Shown: positions 17,486-26,361 of the stretch, piece by piece
Numbering within the stretch: the stretch's first letter is position 1
Layout: every line of letters starts with the position of its first letter
Notes under the pieces: model-generated
The model's input: only the letters and a program-made list of their open reading frames with translations
What the model was told of the DNA's origin: nothing
Databases searched by the model: none
DNA from: a virus
Strand: one strand, 5' to 3'
IMG/VR virus record: IMGVR_UViG_3300028024_000003
Length of the DNA: 30,119 nucleotides
Translations under genes and position numbers: made by a program

Positions 17486-17629
17486 ATGAACTATGTTGAA
17501 TACCGCTCCGATAGTGGCCATCGCGCTGTTTGCGCGCTTGTCCTGGCTGGCGTGATGACCTGCTTTCCCAAGCTCATCCCTTCCGACCGCCCGGGCGCAG
17601 CACACGTGGCCGCGCGGGTCAAACGCTAA
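17486..17629 (+). CDS. Small hypothetical protein (47 aa)
   Basis: Strong GAGGAGAGG RBS overlapping the clpP stop. Confidence 0.5.
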   Translation: MNYVEYRSDSGHRAVCALVLAGVMTCFPKLIPSDRPGAAHVAARVKR

Positions 17630-19107
17630 ACCTGAGGCTTGCGACCTCGTTTTCTCTGGGTCGCATCAATCAGCGAGAAAGCCCCAAGCGGCGCTTTCAG
17701 CGCTTCTTCGAAAGCCTTCGACACCATGTTGCGCATTGTATGCAGGTGTTCGTATTCTTCGTTGCTCACAGTAGAGCAAAGCTGCTCACCCCAGTTTCCG
17801 TACAGCAGGCCTATGGCTCTATCGTTTAGCTGGAGCGGGACGAGCAGGACCGAGCGAACGTTTGGAAATAGCTTCTTGTGCCATTCAGGAATCCGCGACG
17901 CATTCTTGTCGCTCTGGATGTCGTCCACAAAAATTGAACGCCCCTGAGACAACGCCAGATGGAAAAGGTCCGGGACAAATGCTTCTTCAAAGGACATTTT
18001 CGGAAGAACGTCTTTGGCCAGCCCAAAGCCAAGTCTTGCCTCGAAGTTCTTCTTGGCCGGTATCCGGAAAAAAGCGACGCTAGCCGCCAGACCCAGACCC
18101 TGCATGATGGACTCGAGAACCATCTGCGTAAGCGAAGACACGTCGGTACTATCCGCGGAGGCCTGCAATTCTGCGAGTGCCCTGCTAAGCCGCATCTCGG
18201 AGTCAAGGGGCTTGCCTTCTGACTGAGAAGGCCGCTCACTTGCCTCTTCGCCCGAGGCGTGCGCCTGTTGCTCCGCTGCAAACATTCCTCGCGCCAGTTG
18301 CTCAAGCTCTGAGGGGTCCTGTCCGATTGCCGACGCGTATGTCTGGAGTACCTCCTGAATCTTTGATTCGTCCGCGCCGCGGGCCAGTTCCTGGGAAAGT
18401 TCGGTCGACAGCCCCGCGAGACACGCTAGCCATTCGGCGTGGTTCGTAGCGAGGGCGCCAGGCGTCTTTGGTCGAGTGTTCGCTGTACGGATGACCTGGT
18501 GCGGCAGCGACCACTCCCTCATGGCCTCTTCACTAAGTTCATCGGGCGTGACGCCCAGAACCTGGAGGAAAGCTTCCTCCTCGCCTAGGCCCAAATTGAG
18601 CAGCTCACGGATGCGCGACCACTCCTCAGGAAAATAGAAAACGACCAGCAGCCGCGCCAGCTGGTAGAGCAAGGTGGCAACGGCGGCCTCTTCCCCGAAA
18701 GTTTCTCCGCTCTTCGTCGCAAACTCCCGGGCAAGCTTTCCTGCGAATGAGGCCATGGCCAGCTCGTGCGCTGCTTCTTCACGTGAGCCGGCGAGCCCTT
18801 CAAAGGTGTCTATGAGCTGCAGGTTCATCGCCGTGTAGGCGACCGTGGCTGAGCCAAGAATCAGGAGCGCGCGCGAGACCGTGGTCACATTACGGGCATA
18901 CGGTGCGTAGGCCACTGTATTGGCGAGCTTCAATACCTTCTGGGTGAGGGTGAAGTCCCCAAGGACGGTGGTCGCGAGCTGTGCGTTGCTGGCGTGCTCG
19001 TCTTGCATCGCGTCGGCGATTGCGGTGAGGGCATGCTTGAGGGCTGGAAATTCGCCGCGCTCTCGGGTACGTTCCCGCAGCAGTTCAAAGAGCTTTGCTT
19101 TCTTCAT
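17626..19107 (-). CDS. HDOD domain plus C-terminal GAF-like signalling protein (493 aa)
   Basis: FPAL...DFTLTQKVLKLANT..Y...VTTVSRALLILG (HDOD), WSLP, SVLLVPLQL..RAIGLLY (GAF). Confidence 0.88.
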   Translation of the reverse strand: MKKAKLFELLRERTRERGEFPALKHALTAIADAMQDEHASNAQLATTVLGDFTLTQKVLKLANTVAYAPYARNVTTVSRALLILGSATVAYTAMNLQLIDTFEGLAGSREEAAHELAMASFAGKLAREFATKSGETFGEEAAVATLLYQLARLLVVFYFPEEWSRIRELLNLGLGEEEAFLQVLGVTPDELSEEAMREWSLPHQVIRTANTRPKTPGALATNHAEWLACLAGLSTELSQELARGADESKIQEVLQTYASAIGQDPSELEQLARGMFAAEQQAHASGEEASERPSQSEGKPLDSEMRLSRALAELQASADSTDVSSLTQMVLESIMQGLGLAASVAFFRIPAKKNFEARLGFGLAKDVLPKMSFEEAFVPDLFHLALSQGRSIFVDDIQSDKNASRIPEWHKKLFPNVRSVLLVPLQLNDRAIGLLYGNWGEQLCSTVSNEEYEHLHTMRNMVSKAFEEALKAPLGAFSLIDATQRKRGRKPQV

Positions 19108-19483
19108 GTAGCTTTGATGAGGTTCTGGTTCGCCCTGCGGCGGACCAACGCCTGCTCTGGACTCCCCGACGGCTGGCCATGTCAACGGGTTGTTCCACCT
19201 TTGGTCACCGAGTTGTCAGACATCCTGCTTCGCCGTCGTCAAGTTCAACGAGAACAGTATCCAGTCTGGTTTGCCGCAAGAGATAGCCTGGAAGCTCCGC
19301 GGCCCGTGCCGCTCCGCCCGCCGTGGCGCCGCGAATGCTACCACGGCACCCATCTGTTGGGGTCAAACAAGCCTTTTAGCACCCTCCGCTTCGAAAAAGG
19401 ACGCCCTTAAAGACTAGGCCACCAATATCGGCCTGTTTATTGAAAACTTTAGCCTGGCGTTGACAATTCGCAATCAATGGACG

Positions 19484-19513
19484 AAAAAAGGCCGCAGACA
19501 AAGCTGCGGCCTT
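19484..19513 (-). terminator. Intrinsic terminator
   Basis: AAGGCCGCAG-N6-CTGCGGCCTT followed by a T-run on the minus strand. Confidence 0.85.
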
Positions 19514-19529
19514 CAGGAGAGAAAGAAAA

Positions 19530-19709
19530 CTATCGGGGCTGAAAACGGGTCCGGATGCGAAGCGAACCTGTTTCCTCGTCGAACTCGAAGTCGATGACGT
19601 CGCACGGACGGTCATCTCCGCCGGCGTACTCCAGCGTTGTGAGGTCCAGCTCTCCGCCGAACTGTTCCCTACGCTGCTCGAGCAGTGCAATTGCCTGGTT
19701 GATGTTCAC
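19530..19709 (-). CDS. Small acidic hypothetical protein (59 aa, GTG start)
   Basis: GGGAG RBS before GTG 19709; terminator downstream. Confidence 0.7.
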   Translation of the reverse strand: MNINQAIALLEQRREQFGGELDLTTLEYAGGDDRPCDVIDFEFDEETGSLRIRTRFQPR

Positions 19710-19729
19710 GGCTCGCTCCCTGAAGCTGG

Positions 19730-20149
19730 TCAGGCCGCGAGACCAGTCGCCAGCTGTTCCAGAAGCTGCCCGTGGTAGCGGCGGCCAAGTTCCGTCGGCG
19801 TGCGGTCCTTCCACGTCGTGAACGACATCTCGACGCCGCGGGCCTTGAGAAGCGCGCAGAACGCGAAATCGCACAGTTCCGGGTAAAGCCGCTTGTCCGG
19901 GACGCACTCGGTCAGCAGCAGCCCCTCGCGCTCGTGCTTGTGCTCGATGAGCACCGACGCCGGTTCCGCGAAACGGTAAACCACCTTGTTGATGGCACCA
20001 TCCTGGATGTAAACGTGAAACGAGTCGCGCTCGCAGGTGTAGCCGTAGGCCAGTGTGCGGGGCGTCTGGTCCGCGAAATCACGAGCCCAGAGCATCGACG
20101 GGCGCGGGTAGACGTGAGCCAACAGAACTTCGTAATCGACTTTCAGCAT
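19730..20149 (-). CDS. Hypothetical protein (139 aa)
   Basis: GAGGA RBS; CCTATACG motif 39 nt upstream. Confidence 0.82.
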   Translation of the reverse strand: MLKVDYEVLLAHVYPRPSMLWARDFADQTPRTLAYGYTCERDSFHVYIQDGAINKVVYRFAEPASVLIEHKHEREGLLLTECVPDKRLYPELCDFAFCALLKARGVEMSFTTWKDRTPTELGRRYHGQLLEQLATGLAA

Positions 20150-20195
20150 GGATATTTCCTCGGGTTAACAGCAGAACGCTGCAAACTCGTATAGG

Positions 20196-20630
20196 TCACC
20201 GCTGAAGGGCGGCGTGCAGGCTCTGTACTTCCCGGATGCAGCCTCGGGCGCGCACTTCGTCGTTGTGCTCGTCGCACGGATGTACTTCGACCGAATCCAG
20301 GTGGTGCCGTACGAGCATCTGAGCAGCTTTCTTGACGACAGCCGCATTGGACGGCTCCGGCACGACTTCCTGCGGGCCATAGGCCGCAACCAGGTCATGC
20401 ACCTTGGCTTCGAAGCGCTGCAGCAGGTCGACCGTCTGCGCCAGTTCGGCGAGCGTCAGGCCGCGCGAGGTGTTGACGGACACATCCGGCGCGCGGTCCG
20501 TATAGAGGCGCGCGTTGGCGTTGCATAACGTCGAACGACGCCTGCTCTCCGATGCCACTGAGCCATTCACCAGGCCGATGATGTTGCCCGACGGCTTTTC
20601 GAAGATGATGACCTCGATGTCGTCCGTCAC
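20196..20630 (-). CDS. Hypothetical protein (144 aa, GTG start)
   Basis: GTGA overlap with the upstream stop, GGAG RBS. Confidence 0.7.
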   Translation of the reverse strand: MTDDIEVIIFEKPSGNIIGLVNGSVASESRRRSTLCNANARLYTDRAPDVSVNTSRGLTLAELAQTVDLLQRFEAKVHDLVAAYGPQEVVPEPSNAAVVKKAAQMLVRHHLDSVEVHPCDEHNDEVRARGCIREVQSLHAALQR

Positions 20631-20848
20631 GCTTTCGCTCCGTCCGGTGCGTGGGTCTCGCGAACCGACAACGCGCCGCGATGGCTGGCCCGCGGGGACT
20701 CGACGTCGCGCCAGCGCGCGAACTGCTCGCGCCCCGATGCCGGAAAGTGGCGCCGGTCTTCGAACAGCATCGTCTGCGCGTACGGGTCGAAATACGTCAC
20801 CGCTGGCGCGTCCGGCTTGTCCTGCGGGGTATCGTATCTGTCGCTCAT
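20627..20848 (-). CDS. Hypothetical protein (73 aa, MSDRYDT...)
   Basis: Start/stop overlaps at both ends. Confidence 0.65.
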   Translation of the reverse strand: MSDRYDTPQDKPDAPAVTYFDPYAQTMLFEDRRHFPASGREQFARWRDVESPRASHRGALSVRETHAPDGAKA

Positions 20849-21315
20849 TCGCTTTCGCCGTCCGGTTCGCCAACAATCAGGCCACGCACCTGACCGTTCG
20901 GCCGCGCATGCGTCGGCTCGGCCGGAGCCAGCAACGAGTCGTCGCTGCGAGAAACCTGCAGCTGGCCGATAACGGCACGCCACTTCGACAGGAAGGTCTC
21001 CGCTGCGGGCTGCGTGATTTTCATGCTTTCGGGCAGGTTCGCGGCCGAAACCGGTCGGGCCGAGTCGAACGACGGCTCCTGCGCCGGTAGGGCAGGCGTG
21101 TCCACCGCATCGCGCACCAGTGTCATCGAACGATGCCAGTCGGAGGCCGGCCGCGACCACGTGCGTCCGTTCAGTCCCATGTACACCACGGTCTGCGGAT
21201 AGCGGTCCGGCTGCTCGGTGAATTCGTTGGCGATGCACAGCACGATATAGACGTTGCCGTTATCGTGCTGCCATTCGGATGTCGGCCGGGGAAGCGAAAT
21301 CTGGGTATCGGTCAT
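20845..21315 (-). CDS. DUF1653-like domain protein with a low-complexity C-terminal extension
   Basis: WQHDNGNVYIVLCIANE...TVVY...G.TWSRP..DW matches the DUF1653 pattern H.KG..Y.V...A...VVY...W.RP. Confidence 0.72.
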   Translation of the reverse strand: MTDTQISLPRPTSEWQHDNGNVYIVLCIANEFTEQPDRYPQTVVYMGLNGRTWSRPASDWHRSMTLVRDAVDTPALPAQEPSFDSARPVSAANLPESMKITQPAAETFLSKWRAVIGQLQVSRSDDSLLAPAEPTHARPNGQVRGLIVGEPDGESE

Positions 21316-21344
21316 GAGACAGGCTCTTTCGAAAAGTTACTTGC

Positions 21345-21355
21345 ATTATATCATA
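21345..21355 (-). promoter_or_regulatory. Class I extended -10 promoter
   Basis: TATGATATAAT, 29 nt upstream of ATG 21315. Confidence 0.65.
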
Positions 21356-21395
21356 TTAATCGCATTTTACAAGTAACTTAACGATGCGGCACCTG

Positions 21396-22067
21396 TCACT
21401 GACAGAGGCTGCGCAGGCGATAGAGCTTTTCGTAGTCGAACTCGTAGAAGGACTCAGACACGCCTGTCGCCACGAGGATGTGCGTGAGGTGCGGGGCATA
21501 CTCGTGCACGTTCTCGGGCGTGACGCCGCTTGCAATGGCGAGCGGCGCGTCGCCGAGCGCGGCGCGCAGGCGCGCAATCTTGTCGACTTCCGCAGCTACG
21601 CCGGTGGCGGAACCGCTCGTGGTTGCAACGAAGCCGAACTGGTCAGTCATGCGCGCCGCCAGTTCAGGCTGCGGCTCGTGTCGCTGGTGTTTGAAAGCGA
21701 CGCCGGCGAAGAGCAGATGCTTGGGGGATTTTGCCAGCGCGTCGCGCACCATCGCGGCATAAGTCCACGGGTCAGCCGAGCTGTGCGTGAGCTGCGCGTC
21801 AGTCCACGTCATATCGAGACCGTTCGCTACGTTCGAGAGCGCCGCCTTTGCGGGGTCTTCGCCCAGATAGTTGATGCCCACGAGCAGGCTATCCGTCCAG
21901 CGCGACTTGATGCGGCACGCGATGGGGGCGAGCAGCTCGTTCTCGCCGTCCATGTGAATCAGGAAGACGCCATCGCAGCCTGCGTCGACCGCGCGCTCGG
22001 CATTCCGCATGGCCTGCTCGTCGCTCTGGTAGTGAATCACAGGAATCACTTTGCAATGCATGTTCAT
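21396..22067 (-). CDS. BtpA/SgcQ-like TIM-barrel protein (223 aa)
   Basis: VIPVIH, GCDGVFLI, VGINYL, GVAFKH, TTSGSATG, LAIASGVTPENV, ILVATGV (phosphate-binding loops). Confidence 0.8.
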   Translation of the reverse strand: MNMHCKVIPVIHYQSDEQAMRNAERAVDAGCDGVFLIHMDGENELLAPIACRIKSRWTDSLLVGINYLGEDPAKAALSNVANGLDMTWTDAQLTHSSADPWTYAAMVRDALAKSPKHLLFAGVAFKHQRHEPQPELAARMTDQFGFVATTSGSATGVAAEVDKIARLRAALGDAPLAIASGVTPENVHEYAPHLTHILVATGVSESFYEFDYEKLYRLRSLCQ

Positions 22068-22080
22068 ATTCTCGTCCTGG

Positions 22081-23028
22081 TCAGTAAGTTGCGGTCTTGA
22101 GATGAGCCGTCCAGCGCTCGTACAACTCCTCGCGAAGGACATCATGGTTCTGGCCGCCAGCGCTACCCACCGCGACGGCACCCATCACTGAGCCCAGCGA
22201 CATGCACTCGACAAGGGACTTTTCGCGCACATAGCCGTGCAGGAAGCCGGCCCGGAATGCGTCACCACAGCCCGTCGGGTCGACAACCGAATCCGGTCGG
22301 GCAGGCCTCACGCGAATCCAGTCGCCCTGCGTAACGAGGTCCGCACCACAACTTCCGCGCGTGCGCACGAGGAACTGGTCCGGGCGGCTCAGGATGTTGA
22401 CGGGATAGTTCCCCGCCACCAGACTGCACTCGTATTCGTTCAGAAAGATGCCCTTCGCGCCGGCGAACACCTCTTCAAGCGACGCGATATGTTTCGCGGC
22501 GCCCTGAAGGAGCGTAGGCAAAGCCTGGCCCGGGTCAAAGAAATACTCGGCACCCCGCGCGCGCGCCTCAAGCGCCAGCTTCACCATGTTCACTGGGTCT
22601 TCCGGCGCGATATGCCACAACGCCGGCGCAGCAGCCGGCACGTCGACGCTAGACGTCATGGCGCCCGCGTAGAACGAGGTAATCTGGTTGCCATTGGCGT
22701 CCGTGAGCACCCATGCGTGCGCGGTCGTCTGGTCCGCGACCATCCCGATGTCCGAAGTATCCAGCCCCCAGCCTTCGATGCGCCGCAGATAGCGGTCACC
22801 ATCCTCCTCACCCAGATTGCCCACGAGCAATGGCGAATCGCCGAGCAGAGCCGCGTTATAGCCTATGTTGGCCGCGCAGCCGCCGAAGGCCTCGACCACG
22901 GAATCAAGCTGGAAAGACGTGTTCAGCTTGGCGATGGAGCCCGGCTTGATACTGACGCTGAACGCCTTGGGGTGCTGGAACACGGTGTCGTAGGCAAATG
23001 AGCCTGCGAGAAGGTAATGCCGTTTCAT
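22081..23028 (-). CDS. PfkB/ribokinase-family kinase, nucleoside (adenosine) kinase-like (315 aa)
   Basis: GSFAYD, FGGCAANIGYN, FFDPGQ, NEYE, TRGSCG, DPTGCGDAFRAGF. Confidence 0.93.
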   Translation of the reverse strand: MKRHYLLAGSFAYDTVFQHPKAFSVSIKPGSIAKLNTSFQLDSVVEAFGGCAANIGYNAALLGDSPLLVGNLGEEDGDRYLRRIEGWGLDTSDIGMVADQTTAHAWVLTDANGNQITSFYAGAMTSSVDVPAAAPALWHIAPEDPVNMVKLALEARARGAEYFFDPGQALPTLLQGAAKHIASLEEVFAGAKGIFLNEYECSLVAGNYPVNILSRPDQFLVRTRGSCGADLVTQGDWIRVRPARPDSVVDPTGCGDAFRAGFLHGYVREKSLVECMSLGSVMGAVAVGSAGGQNHDVLREELYERWTAHLKTATY

Positions 23029-23060
23029 GGTCGTCCCTCTGTGATGTCTGTTTTCGACGC

Positions 23061-24125
23061 TCAACCGATTGCAAGCTTCGGGAGCAGCCACTGTTTCGCA
23101 GCGAGATTGATGCGGCCCATCACCTGCTTGCGCTCCAGACCGCTGGCTTCCAGCGTGTCCGACTCTTCCTTGAGCACGTCCTGCCCCACCCACATCAGGA
23201 AGGGGCCGATGTGCTTTGTGGTGAGTTCGCCGTGTTCTGCGCGCAGGCGCTCGTAGCCCTGCTCGAGGCGGCTGTCGGTCAGCACGGCTTCCGTGAAGGC
23301 TTCCATGCTGGCCAGCACCTCCGGTTCAATCTGAACGATGCGCGAGTTCTTCGTCCCCTTGTGCTTCATGCCCTTGGTCTTGAACACCAGACGTCCCCAC
23401 TTGGGGTGGTGGCAAACCCAGACGATGCCTTCGCCGATGCCACTGCCGCCCAGTGCCTTCGCTACCGGGCATTCCGCCTCGACCTCGAGCGTGAGCCGCT
23501 CCAGTTCGTCAAGCGCCGCGGCGGGGTCATTGAAGTCGATGTCGATGGTGTAACGCGGATAGTCCGTGATGAAGTGAATGAGCGAGCCTTCGCCGACAAC
23601 GTGTTCAGCCCAGAGTCCGGCAACGTTCTCGACGGGAATCCACAGTTCGCTGGCATCCTCGAGCGTGAGCATCACGCCGAACACCACCCAGCGCAGCGGC
23701 AACTGGCCAATGGCGGTCTTGCCGTTCACGACCGGCCCGCACCACTCGCCGAATGCGTGGATGCCCAGCACTGGCTGATTGAGCTGCTCGAGCGCCGCCG
23801 ACAGTGCGAGCAACCGCAGATTCCACAGGTCGGTCGCTCCTGCTGCGGACTGCGCCCACGCGCAGAAACCGAAGTTGTCGTCCTCGACCGTCAGGTAGCG
23901 GAAATGGCTCTGGGCCTGGACCTCGCCGCTGAGCACGTCGAACGCGACGCCACAGTTGCTGCCGTGCAGCTTGACGGTGCCGTTGAAAGTCAACGTCGGC
24001 TTGGGCATGTCGGAGTCGTACATCGGCTTGCCGTTGGCATCCTGGCCAACGTAATGTGCGTGATGATTCACATCCGCGACAACGTGGCGGAACTGGTCGA
24101 TTTCCGAGAACCTGCGTAGCTTCAT
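23061..24125 (-). CDS. Rnl2-like ATP-dependent RNA ligase
   Basis: Nucleotidyltransferase motifs I TVKLHGSN, III FGEWCG, IIIa VVFGV, IV EGIVW, V FKTK, plus a C-terminal helical domain with T..RL. Confidence 0.88.
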   Translation of the reverse strand: MKLRRFSEIDQFRHVVADVNHHAHYVGQDANGKPMYDSDMPKPTLTFNGTVKLHGSNCGVAFDVLSGEVQAQSHFRYLTVEDDNFGFCAWAQSAAGATDLWNLRLLALSAALEQLNQPVLGIHAFGEWCGPVVNGKTAIGQLPLRWVVFGVMLTLEDASELWIPVENVAGLWAEHVVGEGSLIHFITDYPRYTIDIDFNDPAAALDELERLTLEVEAECPVAKALGGSGIGEGIVWVCHHPKWGRLVFKTKGMKHKGTKNSRIVQIEPEVLASMEAFTEAVLTDSRLEQGYERLRAEHGELTTKHIGPFLMWVGQDVLKEESDTLEASGLERKQVMGRINLAAKQWLLPKLAIG

Positions 24126-24152
24126 GGTGTTTTGGCGATTTGGAGTTTCAAC

Positions 24153-24235
24153 AGTATACCATATAAAGGCTTTGCTTCACATCGCGCCGACGAGATGTCC
24201 AATCTTCGCAAATTCACCATTATTTACGGTATAAT
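24153..24235. promoter_or_regulatory. Divergent class I promoters
   Basis: TATGGTATACT (minus, 24153-24163) and TACGGTATAAT (plus, 24225-24235), with TTCGCAA between them at 24205-24211. Confidence 0.7.
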
Positions 24236-24263
24236 ATTCAAACCTTATTTCGTTTCAAGAACT

Positions 24264-24860
24264 ATGAATTCCCTGTTCCCAGAACTTGCCCTTCCGCAGC
24301 CTGACGTAGTGTGGCTGCCTGAATTCCTGTCGGCGGCTGCCCAGCAATCACTGTTCGAGTTCTGCCGTGACCAGATTGATTGGCAGCAGAAGTCCCTCTT
24401 CTGGAATGACCGGCAGGTTCACATCCCGCGGCTGCTTGCGTGGTTCGGTGACGTCGACTACCGCTACTCGGGACTGCATCACCCTGCGCGCACCATGCCG
24501 CCGGAGATTCGCGCTCTTCAGGAGCAGGTCGAGCAGGTGCTGGCTGGCCAGGGACTGGGCGCGCGGTTCAACAGCGTCCTGATGAACTACTACCGGGATG
24601 GCAACGACTCCATCGGCATGCACGCCGACGACGAAACGCAGCTGGGACGGCAACCCGTCATCGCGTCGGTGTCGCTCGGTGCCGGGCGCGCGTTCGACAT
24701 GGTGCATGTCGCCACGAAAACGAAGCTCGCCTATGACCTGCGCGGTGGCTCGCTTCTCGTCATGAAGGGCACCACCCAGGACGAATGGCGTCACGGGATT
24801 ACCAAGCAGCCTGGCGCGCGGCCGCGCATCAACCTCACATTCAGACTCACGCACGCGTGA
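24264..24860 (+). CDS. alkB: AlkB-family 2OG-Fe(II) dioxygenase (ALKBH2/3-like, 198 aa)
   Basis: PRL.AWFG...YRYSG, FNSVLMNYYRDGNDSIGMHADDE (HxD), IASVSLG, WRHGI, RINLTFR. Confidence 0.95.
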   Translation: MNSLFPELALPQPDVVWLPEFLSAAAQQSLFEFCRDQIDWQQKSLFWNDRQVHIPRLLAWFGDVDYRYSGLHHPARTMPPEIRALQEQVEQVLAGQGLGARFNSVLMNYYRDGNDSIGMHADDETQLGRQPVIASVSLGAGRAFDMVHVATKTKLAYDLRGGSLLVMKGTTQDEWRHGITKQPGARPRINLTFRLTHA

Positions 24861-24900
24861 CCCCGCGCGGGCGCCCACATCGCAGTCGGAGGAAGTGACC

Positions 24901-25614
24901 ATGGAACGAGATTCCCAGGCCGTCGTCATCATGGCCTGCTCTGCGACGAAGCAGGAGCGCGCGGCACCGGCGCTCGAGCTTTACCAGGGTGTGATGTACA
25001 GCACCTTCCGTGCGAATGTGAAGCGCGAGGCCTGCCCACACGTCCTTATCCTGTCCGCCCTGCACGGCTTCATCCCGGGCGAGGAGGTCATCGAGCCGTA
25101 CGAGCAACGGCTCACGCCGGAGCGCGCCGAGCACATGCTCACGAAACTGGACCGCTACATGCATGGCTGCCTGCCTTCCGGCACCCGGAAGGTGCTGCTT
25201 GCGGGCGGCTCGGACTATCGTCGCGTGATGCGCGCCGCCGTGCAGCGGCAGCTCGAGCGAGGTCTCCTCTCCGCCGGCGTCGACGTGACCGAAACCTCGG
25301 GCGGCATCGGCTATCAGCGGCAGCAGCTGGGCACCTTCTTGCGCGCGCTCGCACCCGGGCTGGAAGTGGTGGGCCGCCATCCCAACGGTACCCCGCTCTA
25401 TCGCACGCTCGGTGGCTTTACGGTGGACCAGCGCGTTGACGTCATATACCGCAGCGTGCGGCAAGGAACGCCGCCTGCTGCCGCCGTCATCAGCGAGCTG
25501 TTTTATGGCCCGGCCGGGCCCACCGCGAACGTTCGCCTGCTCGAATCGAAGCATCCGGAGCGCGCCTACAGCTGGGTGGGGCTGGCAGACCTGCATCTGC
25601 CGCTTAGGACGTAG
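24901..25614 (+). CDS. DUF6884-like protein with an extra C-terminal beta domain
   Basis: IMACSATK...PALELYQG...ILSALHG...IEPYEQRL...AGGSDY...GGIGYQ. GGAGG RBS. Confidence 0.75.
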   Translation: MERDSQAVVIMACSATKQERAAPALELYQGVMYSTFRANVKREACPHVLILSALHGFIPGEEVIEPYEQRLTPERAEHMLTKLDRYMHGCLPSGTRKVLLAGGSDYRRVMRAAVQRQLERGLLSAGVDVTETSGGIGYQRQQLGTFLRALAPGLEVVGRHPNGTPLYRTLGGFTVDQRVDVIYRSVRQGTPPAAAVISELFYGPAGPTANVRLLESKHPERAYSWVGLADLHLPLRT

Positions 25615-25680
25615 AATGCTGCCCGAGTACCGCGGTTCACAAGAAGAATTCACCGGTTTGAACTCTCAGCCCTCGGAATT

Positions 25681-26361
25681 ATGGACCCAACATCCACGCT
25701 CTACTTCAACGCACCCCTCTCCGTTCCAATCCAGTATCAACCTAAGGAACTGTCCGATTTCCTTTCACCTGATGACCTGATTCGATTGAGCGGCGCACCG
25801 AACAACAGCGAAATCACGTTCAGCGAGCTGAGAAGCAACCAGGACGAGGTTTTTTACAAGATTGAGGTCAAGAATCCGACACTGTTTGACGGCTTCGTCG
25901 TTCGATATCTCCTCAAGGAAGGCGACGTATTCGTCATCGAAAACAAGCGGCTGTACGTGAATGCTTCGGCCGCAAACAACCGCCTCGGCGCGCGCGTTGT
26001 CGCTCGTGAGATTGTGACTGCGGTCCAACTGAACCAGCCCGAGCAAGTCTTCTTGGGCATCAAGGCTACGGCGGCGGGCAACTATTCAATGCTGTCGGCG
26101 CCGCCTGGGCAGCAGGAGGCCGGCTATTACGTGTGGGCGTCCATGGGGTTTCAAGGGAACCTGGCGAAGCGAGTGCGAAAGCGCCTGCCGGCCAATTTTC
26201 AAAATTGTGTTAATATTCAACAGCTTATTGCTTCGCCAGGTGGGTCCGCCGCTTGGAAACTGGCAGGAGAGACGTTCAAGGCCTGGTTCGACCTGGCTGC
26301 TGGCTCCCCAAGCCTTTCCGCGCTAGACTCATACATGCAGAAGAACGGGATATCGCTATGA
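25681..26361 (+). CDS. Hypothetical protein, possible GNAT-fold
   Basis: LYV...ANNRLGARVV (motif A-like) and AGYYVWASMGF (motif B-like). More AT-rich than its neighbours. Confidence 0.65.
   Translation: MDPTSTLYFNAPLSVPIQYQPKELSDFLSPDDLIRLSGAPNNSEITFSELRSNQDEVFYKIEVKNPTLFDGFVVRYLLKEGDVFVIENKRLYVNASAANNRLGARVVAREIVTAVQLNQPEQVFLGIKATAAGNYSMLSAPPGQQEAGYYVWASMGFQGNLAKRVRKRLPANFQNCVNIQQLIASPGGSAAWKLAGETFKAWFDLAAGSPSLSALDSYMQKNGISL

Noticed and set aside
19190-19417. ORFs or a c-di-GMP riboswitch upstream of the HDOD gene (GGCAAACC on the minus strand)
   Set aside because: The ORFs lack RBS and protein-like composition, and the rest of the GEMM motif (GAAA tetraloop, GACGCAAAG) is absent.
20500-20505. 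CTATAC copy on the minus strand
   Set aside because: It lies inside a CDS (Leu-Tyr-Thr codons) far from any start, so it was treated as background.
22998-24119. 373-aa plus-strand ORF (also 6488..7267, 8857..9780, 22237..23001, 21384..22100, 26714..27502)
   Set aside because: Antisense shadows of well-supported genes, expected from high-GC codon bias. No motifs or RBS.
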